A DNA stretch of 63,844 nucleotides from Candidatus Enterousia sp. (GTDB lineage: Bacteria; Pseudomonadota; Alphaproteobacteria; Rs-D84). Of the stretch, positions 29,936 through 42,100 are shown piece by piece. The notes below the pieces were generated by a model. The model was not told the origin of the DNA, searched no databases, and was given only the letters and a program-made list of their open reading frames with translations. The position numbers were made by a program, and so were the translations under genes. Position 1 is the stretch's first letter. Every line of letters starts with the position of its first letter. The stretch is taken from contig JAZROL010000014.1 of NCBI GenBank assembly GCA_045648665.1, forward strand, positions 1 to 63,844, in the 5' to 3' direction.

Positions 29936-32900
29936 GATATCTCTACCTTGGTTCCCAAAGCGGTTAAATCTTTTGCTGTGGTTGCACCCAATTCCACAGT
30001 GTTTTTTAATATCAAATGTGCATTTTTCTGTGAATACAAATTTAACATAACTTGTGTATTTCCTGGACGCAAGGCACTTAAAGCTTTTTTTACATCAGGC
30101 AACACTGATTGTTTTCTAATATCTATTGTTATGCGACGTGCTATCTTTGCCACCCATTTATTCAAAGGTATAATAGAATCAACAAATATAGATAACCTGT
30201 CATCACGCAGTGACGTTTTACCAGAAATCACAACTTCTGTTTCTGTGTTTAATATTTGCGCTAATTCAATTGATGCCTCACCAAATGCAACACATTCAAC
30301 ATTGCCATAACTGTCGGAAGCATTTATAGTCAACATATCCTTTCCTGTCTTGGTACGTCTGCGCGAAAAAGAATTCACATTAACTGCAATTTGTACGTTT
30401 TTTCTATCCCCTAATGTTACCAGTGTATTGCTAGTTGGCAGGCCAACACGTTCTATTAAATGTTTATATTGATCCAAAGGATGTGCAGATATATAAAAAC
30501 CCAATGCTGACAATTCGTTTTCCAATCTTTGTGCAAAAGTCCACGGTTGTGTTTTTGGCAAATCTTTTAATAATCTGTCTTCGGTGATATCGTCTTCTGT
30601 TGTGTTAGCAAAAAGCGACAAAGAATTAGCACTTTCGCGTGATTTAGAAGCATATGCCAAAATAGCATCAGCGTTCATAAATATCAAAGCACGATTTTTC
30701 TCTAAAGAATCCAAAACACCAACCTTAGCAAAAGCTTCTAATATTCTTTTGTTTATTATCGGCGCACATCTTTTTGCAAAATCTGTTAGATTTTTGAATT
30801 TTCCATGCGCTTCGCGTTCTGCGACTATGGCGTCAGTTGCAACAGTGCCGACACCTTTTATCGCGGCCAAAGCATAAATTATCTTGCTGTCACGAACGGT
30901 AAAACTAGATTCGCTTTCGTTGATATCTGGTGCGACAATTTGTATGCCAAAATTCGATTTAGCATCATCAACAAATATTGCCAATTGATCTGTATCATTC
31001 ATATTACTGGACATAGATGCCGCTAAAAATTCCGCAGGATAATGCGCCTTGATATACGCACATTGATTAGCAACTATGGAATATGCGATAGCATGTGATT
31101 TATTAAATGCGTATTTTGCAAATTCTTTAAACTTTTCCCATAAATCTTTCGCAGTTGCTTCATCCAAAGTCCCTTCGCTTTTACAACCTTCAAGGAATTT
31201 TACTTCCAATTTTGCCAACAATTCCAGTTTCTTTTTACCCATAGCCTTACGCACAGTGTCTGATTCGCCACGCGTAAATCCAGCCAATGCACGTGTTAAC
31301 TGCATAACCTGTTCCTGATATACTATGATACCATAACTTTCTTTCAATATAGGTTCTGCACGTGGATGAACATATTCGATAGATTCTTCACCATGCATAC
31401 GCGCAATAAATTGTGGAATAAACGCGATAGGTCCCGGACGATTTAATGCGTTTAACGCTGAAATTTCAAGAAAACTGGTTGGATGCATCTTTTTCAATGT
31501 TTGTTGAACAAACGGGGCATCAAATTGGAATATGCCTTCTGTTAAACCAGATTGCCATAATTCCATTGTCTTTGCATCATCAGTTGGGATTTTGTCTAAG
31601 TCTATATTTATACCACGAGTTTTTTGAATAAGTTTTACCGCGTATTTTAACACAACCAAAGTTTCCAATCCCAAAAAGTCAAATTTTATTAATCCAGCAG
31701 ATTCCAAATAATGGCCATCAAACTGACACGAAGGCAAAGGATTCGCAGGATCACGATATACCGGGGCAATTTGAGTTGTTGGTCTGTCGCCTATAACAAC
31801 GCCGCATGCATGTTGACCTAAATTTCTAATTGAACCTTCCAAATCCTCCGCAACAGAAACAACCTTTTTCATATCTGGATCTGAATCCAAAATTTCTTGT
31901 ATTTCATGCGACGATTCTACCGCTTCTTTCAAAGTTTTCGCATCTTGTGGTATTAATTTTGATAATCTGTCAGATTTTGAATAAGGCATACCATACACAC
32001 GCCCGATATCACGAATTGCACCACGTGCCTGCAAACTGCCAAAAGTTATAATTCTGCACACTGAATCACGACCATATTTTTCACCAACGTAATCCAATAC
32101 ACGCTCTATACCGGTTGGTTCAAAATCAACGTCAAAATCAGGCATTGAAATACGGTCAGGATTCAAGAATCTTTCAAACAACAATCCATATTTCAAAGGA
32201 TTTACGTGTGTTATACCCAGTGCCCATGCAACAATAGAACCGGCACCTGAACCACGTCCAGGTCCGGTCAAAATATCATTATTACGGCACCAATTAATAT
32301 AATCTGCGACTATTAAAAAATACCCTGGGAACCCCATTCCAATAATGACACCTAATTCATATTCAGCCTGTTCAAAATAGGGTGCTGTATCGGTAATATT
32401 ATGTTGTTTTAAACGTTCTTTTAAACCATTCATTGTCGCATCTCGCAACATTTGACATTCTGTTTCTAAATCATCACCAAAACGAGGCAACAATGGTTTT
32501 TCGTGAACGTTAACAAAAAAAGCACATCTTTTTGCAATATTCACCGTGTTTTCTATCGCTTCCGGTAAATCAGAAAATAATTCAGTCATTTCTTCCGCGG
32601 ATTTGAAATATTGTTCGGACGATTCACGTGGTCTGTCTGGATCTATCACCTTTGTTTGACCCAATACGCACCCCAGTGCATCGGTTGCTTCATAATCATC
32701 ACGCATTGCGAAACAAACATCATTTGTCGCAACAATTGGGATATTCAAATCACGCGCAATTTGCAAAAACACAGGTTCTGTTTTTATTTCTGCCTCTAAT
32801 CCATGTCTTTGAATTTCCATATAAAAATTATCGCCAAAAACATCTAGAAACTGTTGTGCTAAATTAAAAGCAGTATTGTTTTGATTATTTAATATCGCCA

Positions 32901-33363
32901 TGCCTATTGCACCAGTGTGCGCACCGGACAAACATATTAAATTATCTTTGTGCGATTTTAATTCGGCCATTGTGATATACGGCCCAAGATGGTGATTATC
33001 CTGACGCATATACATCACACGACTCAATTCGCAAAGATTAAGATATCCTGCGTGATTTTTAGCCAATAAAACAATTTTAGACAAAGACGATTGTCGTAAT
33101 ATTTTTGGATCTGCATTATGATGATTCAAAGATAATTCAACACCAATAATAGGTTGCAACTTATTAGATGGCATAACATCTGAAAATTCAGCGCAAGCAG
33201 ACATCATATTTGTGTCTGTCAAAGCACACGCAAACATATTATTATCATGACATAATTCTACGATCCCCTTCTGTATTCCTAATTTCTTATTAGCTGCCAG
33301 CGACAGGGTGCTGGCCCCAACAGAAATTTTTGAATGAACACGAAGATGTACAAAACCTGACAC
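29932..33363 (-). CDS. dnaE: DNA polymerase III alpha subunit
   Basis: PHP domain FVHLRVHS, GPGRGSGAGS and PDFDVDF; 1143 aa; GTG start. Confidence 0.97.
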   Translation of the reverse strand: MSGFVHLRVHSKISVGASTLSLAANKKLGIQKGIVELCHDNNMFACALTDTNMMSACAEFSDVMPSNKLQPIIGVELSLNHHNADPKILRQSSLSKIVLLAKNHAGYLNLCELSRVMYMRQDNHHLGPYITMAELKSHKDNLICLSGAHTGAIGMAILNNQNNTAFNLAQQFLDVFGDNFYMEIQRHGLEAEIKTEPVFLQIARDLNIPIVATNDVCFAMRDDYEATDALGCVLGQTKVIDPDRPRESSEQYFKSAEEMTELFSDLPEAIENTVNIAKRCAFFVNVHEKPLLPRFGDDLETECQMLRDATMNGLKERLKQHNITDTAPYFEQAEYELGVIIGMGFPGYFLIVADYINWCRNNDILTGPGRGSGAGSIVAWALGITHVNPLKYGLLFERFLNPDRISMPDFDVDFEPTGIERVLDYVGEKYGRDSVCRIITFGSLQARGAIRDIGRVYGMPYSKSDRLSKLIPQDAKTLKEAVESSHEIQEILDSDPDMKKVVSVAEDLEGSIRNLGQHACGVVIGDRPTTQIAPVYRDPANPLPSCQFDGHYLESAGLIKFDFLGLETLVVLKYAVKLIQKTRGINIDLDKIPTDDAKTMELWQSGLTEGIFQFDAPFVQQTLKKMHPTSFLEISALNALNRPGPIAFIPQFIARMHGEESIEYVHPRAEPILKESYGIIVYQEQVMQLTRALAGFTRGESDTVRKAMGKKKLELLAKLEVKFLEGCKSEGTLDEATAKDLWEKFKEFAKYAFNKSHAIAYSIVANQCAYIKAHYPAEFLAASMSSNMNDTDQLAIFVDDAKSNFGIQIVAPDINESESSFTVRDSKIIYALAAIKGVGTVATDAIVAEREAHGKFKNLTDFAKRCAPIINKRILEAFAKVGVLDSLEKNRALIFMNADAILAYASKSRESANSLSLFANTTEDDITEDRLLKDLPKTQPWTFAQRLENELSALGFYISAHPLDQYKHLIERVGLPTSNTLVTLGDRKNVQIAVNVNSFSRRRTKTGKDMLTINASDSYGNVECVAFGEASIELAQILNTETEVVISGKTSLRDDRLSIFVDSIIPLNKWVAKIARRITIDIRKQSVLPDVKKALSALRPGNTQVMLNLYSQKNAHLILKNTVELGATTAKDLTALGTKVEIS

Positions 33364-33399
33364 GATTATTTTTCCTTACCTTTGATAAATCATATCAAA

Positions 33400-36030
33400 T
33401 TACTGCAATTTGCCATGACAATGTTTATATTTTAACCCAGATCCACACGGACAAAGCGCATTACGACTGATTTTCATATTTGACATATTTGTCGCATTTT
33501 GATTTTGATTTAATTCGGAATCATGTTGTGCCTGTTGTTGTGCGGTGGCACCAACATCTTCACGTGTTAATTCCATGCGACAAACATAAGCCACAGACAT
33601 TACCTTGAAATTTTGAATTGTGTTTTTGAATAATTCCAGTGCTTCGTTTTTATATTCATACAAAGGATTCTTTTGTGCGTATCCGCGCAAACCGATAGAA
33701 CCCTGCAAATAATCCATTTGTTGCAGATGACGTTTCCAAACAGCATCCAAAGCACCCAACATCATCTGACGTTGTGCCATTTGCATCAATTCAGAACCGT
33801 ATTTTTCACATTGTTGGTTATATCTGTGCATTGCGAGATTAAGCAACGTTTCATAAGCTTTGCGTTCAGATATAGTTTCATCCTTTTTCCAATTATCAAT
33901 ATCTGTTATATCCAATGCAAATATACGCATCATATCATTATGGATACCTTCTGTATTCCAATCCATAGGATGCGCTTTTTCAGGAATATTTTTTTCACAG
34001 ATCAATTCAACAACATCACCAATCAATTCCGTAGCAAAAGAAGTTAAATCTTTTGATGTCATCAAATCATCACGTTGCTTATACACAACAACGCGTTGTT
34101 CATTCATAACGTCATCATATTTTAACAATTCTTTACGCGCTTCAAAATATCTGGCCTCTACACGTTTTTGTGCTTTTTCAAGAGCTTTTGTTATCCATGG
34201 GTGCGTTATTGCTTCGCCTGGTTTTAATCCAAGAGTTGTCAACATATTCTGTAATCTGGCGGCACCAAATATACGCATTAAATCATCGTCCAGTGCTAAA
34301 AAGAATTTTGAATCACCCGGATCACCCTGACGTCCAGAACGACCGCGCAACTGATTATCAATACGACGTGATTCATGGCGCTCCGTTCCAATCACATAAA
34401 GACCACCTGCATCCAAAACAATTTGTTTGTTTTTTTCAATTGTATCAATAATTTCTTGTTTTTTCTTTTCAAAATCAGATGCGTTTTCGTCCAAATCCGC
34501 AATCAAATCTTCCGCATTTCCACCAAGTTTAATATCTGTCCCACGCCCCGCCATATTGGTTGCAATTGTAACAGCCCCCGGCGCGCCGGCTTGTGAAACA
34601 ATTTTGGCTTCGGATTCATGATGTTTTGCATTCAGTACGGCTGGATTTATACCAAGTTTTTCACGAACAATACCAGCAAGTTCTTCTGATTTTTCAATAG
34701 AAACCGTTCCAACTAACACAGGCTGTTTACGATCCATACATTCTTTAATTTGTTTTACAATCGCATCATATTTTTCTTCTTTGTTACGATAAATTTCATC
34801 ATGATGATCGACACGCGCCACAGGCTTGTTTGTAGGGATAGAAACTACGCGTAATTTATAAATTTCTTCGAATTCTGCGGCTTCTGTCATTGCTGTTCCG
34901 GTCATGCCAGCCAAAGTAGGGTACATTCTAAATAAATTTTGATAAGAAATACTGGAAACAGTTTGATTTTCAGGTTGCACATCTACGTGTTCTTTTGCTT
35001 CTATCGCCTGGTGTAAACCCTTACCAAAACGACGACCACTCATAACACGACCAGTAAATTCATCGACAATTAAAACCTCTCCGTTACGTACTACATAGTT
35101 CACATTTTTAACATACAAATGATGTGCCAACAAAGACTGTTGAATATGCATAACAACCACGGCATTTTCAGCGGCATACAAATTATCGCCAACTAAAATT
35201 TCAGCTTGTTTCAATAAATTAGTGGCATGATCTATACCGGATTCCGTTAAAGTCACATGTCTGTCTTTTTCGTCTATCTTATAATCATCGGGAACCAGTT
35301 GCGCCACAACCGCATCAACTTTGTTGTATAATTCACTGGTATCTTCAGATGGTCCAGAAATGATAAGTGGAGTCCGTGCTTCATCAATCAAAATACTGTC
35401 CACTTCGTCAACAATTGCATAAAAGAACGGACGCAAAACCTGTTGTTCTTTTGTGAATTTCATATTATCGCGCAAATAATCAAATCCTAATTCAGAATTA
35501 GTCACATAAGTAATATCACAATTATAAGCCGCACGTCTGTCATCATCAGACATATCGTGTTGAATTATACCAATAGTCATACCTAAAAATCTGTAAACCT
35601 GGCCCATCCAGCCTGCATCACGAGATGCCAAATAATCATTTACGGTTATCAAATGCGCGCCTTTGCCCTGTAAAGCCTTTAAATACAAAGCCAAAGTAGC
35701 AACCAATGTTTTACCTTCACCGGTTTTCATTTCGGCAATTTGACCATGCCCCAAAACCATACCACCAATCAATTGTACATCAAAATGGCGTAAACCTATG
35801 GAACGACGGGCTGCTTCACGAACCGCCGCGAAAACATCAGGCAAAATATCTTTTTCAGATTCACCATTTTTCAGTCTTTCACGGAAAACAGTGGTTAAAT
35901 TATGCATTTCTTCATCAGAAAGCGCTGAATATTTAGGTTCCAAAGCATTTATTGCTTTTACTGTTTTATCATAAGATTTGACAATTCTATCGTTTGCAGA
36001 ACCAATTAATAATTTTAATACATTTTTCAT
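33400..36030 (-). CDS. secA: Preprotein translocase ATPase SecA
   Basis: MKTGEGKTL, DEVDSILIDEARTPLIISG and the C-terminal zinc finger CPCGSGLKYKHCHG. Confidence 0.97.
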   Translation of the reverse strand: MKNVLKLLIGSANDRIVKSYDKTVKAINALEPKYSALSDEEMHNLTTVFRERLKNGESEKDILPDVFAAVREAARRSIGLRHFDVQLIGGMVLGHGQIAEMKTGEGKTLVATLALYLKALQGKGAHLITVNDYLASRDAGWMGQVYRFLGMTIGIIQHDMSDDDRRAAYNCDITYVTNSELGFDYLRDNMKFTKEQQVLRPFFYAIVDEVDSILIDEARTPLIISGPSEDTSELYNKVDAVVAQLVPDDYKIDEKDRHVTLTESGIDHATNLLKQAEILVGDNLYAAENAVVVMHIQQSLLAHHLYVKNVNYVVRNGEVLIVDEFTGRVMSGRRFGKGLHQAIEAKEHVDVQPENQTVSSISYQNLFRMYPTLAGMTGTAMTEAAEFEEIYKLRVVSIPTNKPVARVDHHDEIYRNKEEKYDAIVKQIKECMDRKQPVLVGTVSIEKSEELAGIVREKLGINPAVLNAKHHESEAKIVSQAGAPGAVTIATNMAGRGTDIKLGGNAEDLIADLDENASDFEKKKQEIIDTIEKNKQIVLDAGGLYVIGTERHESRRIDNQLRGRSGRQGDPGDSKFFLALDDDLMRIFGAARLQNMLTTLGLKPGEAITHPWITKALEKAQKRVEARYFEARKELLKYDDVMNEQRVVVYKQRDDLMTSKDLTSFATELIGDVVELICEKNIPEKAHPMDWNTEGIHNDMMRIFALDITDIDNWKKDETISERKAYETLLNLAMHRYNQQCEKYGSELMQMAQRQMMLGALDAVWKRHLQQMDYLQGSIGLRGYAQKNPLYEYKNEALELFKNTIQNFKVMSVAYVCRMELTREDVGATAQQQAQHDSELNQNQNATNMSNMKISRNALCPCGSGLKYKHCHGKLQ

Positions 36031-36172
36031 TTTATTTTTTCCTTACCATTTCTTCTGTATGTGCCATATTGTTTATATTTTATAGCAATTTTGCCCCCTG
36101 GGTCAAGACACTTTATTTATATAATTCATATTTTTAATAAAACAAGGATTTGTGTAGTATTTTATACCAAAA

Positions 36173-39100
36173 TTATTGCAAAACCGATGCATCGAATGCG
36201 TTAAACTTAACACCACGTCTTAATACTCTCATCTTCTTGGTTGATGTTTCGTTTATTGGCATGTTTGAATCCTTCGTCAAACCAAGATAATATTTCTTGT
36301 TGCCTATCTGGAATGTTAATGATGGTAATCCACGCCCGGATATCTTTGTTTCAGATAAACATAACTTATCCGCGTCATCTTCACCAAAGCGTAAATATTT
36401 ATCAGTGCTACATACAAATGGTACATATTCCCATTTTGCATAATATGTTAACGGTCCGGTCGTGCCACCAGGTATAGCCAGCGTTTTTTGACAATCACCG
36501 GTCAATTCTTCATTATCACACCATCCAACAAAGGCGTATCTGTTTCGTCTTGGTTCAACAGTTGTGATATTTTGATCTTCGTCTGAATATACATATTGCT
36601 TTGGTTCAATATCATCAATTTCTCCTTCGCCATCATAATATCTTATACGATAATTCAAAGGTGTCCACTGTGCATATAAAGTTATTTCATGTTCATTTGT
36701 CAGGTTAAATACACCAGATAAATCCGCCACAAATTCCCTTCCGTTGTCCGGCATCATGCCTTCTTCATATTCAAATTTAACACCAGTTCCATTTGCTTCC
36801 GTATTCCAAGAATCAAAAGCGTAACCAGTTCTTCTTGGTCGTCCCTGGGTTCTAGGGGGACGCACAATGTATGTTTCTATACATTCTTCACCTTCTGTAC
36901 AAACAACATCATCCGGTATCTTGTCTGTTGTATTATAACCATTTGCATTATCGTCAAAATGTATAGTTATTTGTCTTGCAAATTGTGCATATAAATCAAT
37001 GTCACCTGTAAATTCAGATTGTTCTGTCACTGCGGTTCCATCAGCGGTGAACCATCCTGTGAATTTATATCCGTCTTTCGTTACATCTGGTAATTCTAAT
37101 TCATTCAATCCATATTTATCAGCAGTGGATTCCGTGTAATTTACATTTTGTGTCGTCGTATCTTCACCATTATGATATGTCACAATAGCATAACAAGATT
37201 CATGTGTATCATTATCGCCTTTTACAGAATGTGGATACACATCACCACAACCATCACACATAACCTGTGGAAAATCGCTTTGTGTGCTTAACCAATCAGG
37301 TATATAGTGTGTGTACATATTTGCTGGACATGATTTTGCAATTTGAGTGTTGTAGAACATATAATCTGTTACGTTGTTTATATTATCAGTATTCGTCAAA
37401 TCTGCACTAAAGAACCCATACGGTATATAATCTGGTTCATCAGGGTTATCAATCACCGCCGGACTAAATTTTTTCAGATTGGTACATCCAAAAAAAGTTG
37501 TGGAAAAAGCAGATGTATCAACATCACCGGTGATGTTACTAAATAAGTTAGCTGGTATTTCTGTTAAACCAGTACAGCCAGCAAATGTGCCTAAAAACAT
37601 CATATTTTTCACACTAGAAATACCATTAAATAAATTATCAGGTATGATTTTTAAGTTGCTACAACTTTCAAATGTGTTTTCAAATATTGAGTCTGCCACG
37701 CCAGAAATGCCTTTAAATAAGTCTTCTGGCAATGATGCCAATCCGCTACAACCACTGAATGTGCTTTCAAACATATAATCTGTTGCGCCAAAAACATCTT
37801 TAAATAATGTTGAATTACCGTTTTCATCAATTGGCAGAGATGTTAATCCTGTACACCCCATGAATGTTTTTATAAACTGTGGTTGTTGAGATGGATCATT
37901 TGAACCATTATTTAATGTCGGGAATATCGCACTCAATGAACCGGATATAGAAGCAATCTTTGGTGCATTGTTATTATTGTATATTGGATTAGAAAAACGT
38001 ATAGCGGTCATATTAGGCGAATCATTATACTCATCTGCTAAACCTGCATATTTGATTTCATGTTCTCCAGCAGATGCAAATTGGCACGTATATTGTATAA
38101 GATACGACGGTAATTTTTCTATTTTTCCAACTCTTTTACCGGAAGCAGGAATGCGAATAAATGTATAACCACCATTATAAAGGTGGGTTTCACCAAATAT
38201 TCCCCCCTCGCCACAATCTATATAAAATTCACCACTAGCACTAATCCATGTAGAGAATGTTCCACCGTCATTAACTGTATTTACAATAAACTTCGCAGGG
38301 ATACAGTGTTTTATACCATTATCATCTGTGTATTCTATGTTGTTTTCATCACATGTGTATTGTGCGTATAATGTAATATCTCTCGCAATGCTTGTGTCTA
38401 CAGATTCTACACGATTGCCTTCTTCGTCTTGCCATTCCGTAAATCTGCCACCTTCGTATCCTGGTGTTGGTAAATCGGTTATTATCCCCATATTCACTGT
38501 ATATGGTCTTGGTGATTGGACCAATGCATTTAATGTTCCACCGTTTAATTCATAATATATGTTATATGTTATTGGTGTATATGCACACTGATCCGCATGC
38601 CGTTTATCATACCAATCGTATCCAGTATGTGTATATCCGTTCCTTTCTTCACAATCTTTATAACAATCGTTTATTGAATCCGATCCAATTTCTGCATTTG
38701 TATAAGGAGCAGGGCATATATCCTTACCACAATCTTCAGTTGCAGAATATATGCACCGCGCACCACCACAATATTTACCCGCTTCATCACATGATGTACA
38801 CTCTGTTGTACCCGCCTGTAAATATGTCCCGCGTTCACAATCTATCGGTGCAAGTTCCCAACTCGCGTATACAGTGATATTTGCAACACCTGATGCAACC
38901 CTGTTCCGTACATTAAACCCAGTATATATAGAACCATTCTCTTTCCAACCATTAAAGTTGTAACCACTGCGATTTACTTTTGGATAAACTTTAACCCCAC
39001 CCGTGTTCTTGTTGCTTTCAATTGTATATGTTTTATCTTCAGCAAGTATTTGATTTATTATTTCTTGTGGCAATTCTTCACCGTTGGTATCCAGGTATGT

Positions 39101-42100
39101 GATTGTGTATGTCTTAATCTTCCATTTCGCAGTAAATGTTTTACCGCTTTCATATTCCCAAACAAATGTTTCACCAGCATCCCTGTTATTACCACTGTCA
39201 TCAACCCAGCCATCAAAATCATAACCTATTCTAGTACACCCAGTGTTTCCCGCCACTGTAAATGCTTGACCATATGTCGCAGTAGCCAACGGTACCACGC
39301 CAGTACCAGTACCACAACTATATTTTACGATATATGTATCAGTGGTAAATTGTGCATATAATACCTGTTCGCCATTCCATCCATCTTGTACCACTCTAAA
39401 TGGATATTGACATCCTTGGTTGCTCTCACACCACCCTGCAAACACATGGTGTGGTTTAGAATAATCAGCTAAACGTTTCCCATATTCTTCAACAGTATAC
39501 GTATTCGGCTTTAAATTATCCAATATATCGTCGCCATCTTTATAAACTATGGCATATGTGTTCGCATTATATATACATTGATTGTTGTTATAATAATTCT
39601 TACCACTGATATAAGTGTAATCTTGTCCTCTTTCTTCACAATCTTTATAACAATCATTTATTGAATCTGAACCAATTTCCGCATTTGTATAAGGAGCAGG
39701 GCATATGTCTTTACCACAATCTTCAGTTGCAGAATATATGCAACGCGCACCACCACAATATTTACCCGCTTCATCACATGGTATACACTCTGTTGTACCT
39801 GCCTTTAAATATGTCCCGACCACACAATCTATTGGTGCAGGTTCCCAATTCGCATACACAATGATATCATGACCCAAAGTGGAATCAACTACCTTAAAAC
39901 CTACTACTTCATTACCACCACCGTTCGACGCAGTCCTCCACCCCTTAAACTCATACCCCTGTTTAGCTATACTCGTCGGATATTCTATCTTTCTTCCTTT
40001 GTCTTCTACGCTAAACTGTTTTACCGCATTTCCAATCTCTGGCAAATCACTGCCATCCATATCTTTGTATATCACTTTATATTTAATAGGTTCAAAATGC
40101 CCTATGTATGTTATATCTTTCGTGCAATTACCATCTAATATACCTGGTTTGCTTAATACAGGACACGTTCCGCCAGATATGCACCAACCCTTAAACTCAT
40201 AATACGGTCTTTCAGGATTATTTAATTCTGTTCTTTGGGTTTCTATGTCACACGCTACAGGATTATCAGCACCTGTTATCTTGTTCCCAGATTCATCTAT
40301 ATATTTTACCTGATAACCCTGTTTGCCCCATATAGCATATAAGGTCACATCGCTTTCAAAGTTGCGTGTTATATATTCGTTATATTCTGCTTCTGTATCT
40401 GCACTGTTCGTTGACCATCCTTTAAATGTATAACCTTCATTGCTTATCTCACCAGATCCTCCTATGTAACATGGTAATGCATCATATGTACATCTTACAC
40501 TTCCCTTGTCCCCAACACCTCCATTAGCATTAAATGTTACATCATATCCTATCGGTGCCCATTGTGCATATAAATGCGCATCGTTATTAAACGCAGTATC
40601 ATTCGTCACCAAATTGCCGTTTGCATCAGCCCAATTTTGGAATATATATCCAGTATATTCTGGTGCTGGCAATTCCAATTTGTAATTATCAACAGTCGTA
40701 TTGTTATCACCATAATGTATGTTCTCTGTAATAGGTGTTGCACCATTGTTTAGATGATAAATCACAGTCGCATAACATTGTTCTGGCGCTGGATTTTCAG
40801 CAACATCAGCATGTTTGTATATCTTGCCACAGGTAGTAGGAACCGGAGCCAGATCTTTCCATACAGCGTATAATTCTATATCTCGATGGGCGTTTCCATA
40901 AACCCCTGTATATTCGTGATTATCACGTTTATCTATCCAACGAACGAACTCTTTTCCAGGTTTAAAATTTTTACTATTCATATAATCCACATCAGGATAT
41001 CTCTTGAAATTTCCGCCTGTGTTTTCAATAGTATAATATGTGTATTTTTCATCTATACCGGATATTATTTCATCTTTGTCTGGGCCATCCCCACCATAGA
41101 AGTATGTTATGCTATATTTTTTCAAATCATAATTTGCAATATATTTGCGTGGACCTTCGCAGGCGCTTATTTCTACGTTTTTGTTTGGTGTATCACAAGA
41201 TTCACCAGCTAAACACCAGCCTGTAAATTCATATCCTGTCCAAACAGGATTATTCAACGTTATACCCTGGGTGTCCATTGAACATTCAATCGGGTTTGTT
41301 TCACCAGATTCCAATACGCCTGCGCCTAAATTATATTCTATGCGGTATTGTACAGGGGTCCATTTTGCATAGAAAGATTGTGTATCAATTGTCCCGGCCG
41401 GTATAGTTATTGTTTTCGAACATTCACCGGTTAATTCAGCATTATTGCACCATCCATCAAAACTATAATGTTCTTTCTGTGGTTCAGACGGTGTAATTTC
41501 ATTTGCCTGACTATCAGAATAACTATATGTATTTGGCGTAATTTGTGGATCTTCACCATCAATATTCAGTAAATTTTCCCCATCATAATATCTTATACGA
41601 TAATTCAAAGGTGCCCACTGTGCATATAAATAAGAATCAGTCAATCCATCGGTTTTGCTTATATAACGATCGAACCAGTTACCATCCCAATTTTGTGCGG
41701 ATGTCATATCTGGATTATAATATTTCGTTCCACCATCACGTTGATTAAAATATCCCAAAAATACATAGGCTGTACGGGTCGGTGGAAGTAATTCTTCGCC
41801 GTTTATATTAACCGTCGGCATATCGTTATTTTCGTCTGGTTCAAAGATGGTCGTATTAAGCGTATCATCGTTAGCGGAATAATTTTGATAAAGTTTAATC
41901 ACCGGTGCACATGAAACTTTTTGTCCAGGAACAGTTTCTGCATTTGGATAATTCCATGCTTCTTCAAGACCAGTTATATATTGTGCGGTTCCCGCCGGAC
42001 AAGACAAAGCAACACTAGTGTTATTAAATACATTGTACATAGCATAGTTTTGATGTTGTGGGATTGTTGGCTCGTTCCCGAAGAATTTAGGTGGAATATA

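Noticed and set aside
38641-39848. Diversity-generating retroelement (template/variable repeat pair) as an explanation for the near-identical 220-bp repeats
   Set aside because: Mismatches are not restricted to adenines, both copies are in-frame parts of the same gene, and no reverse transcriptase is present in the window.
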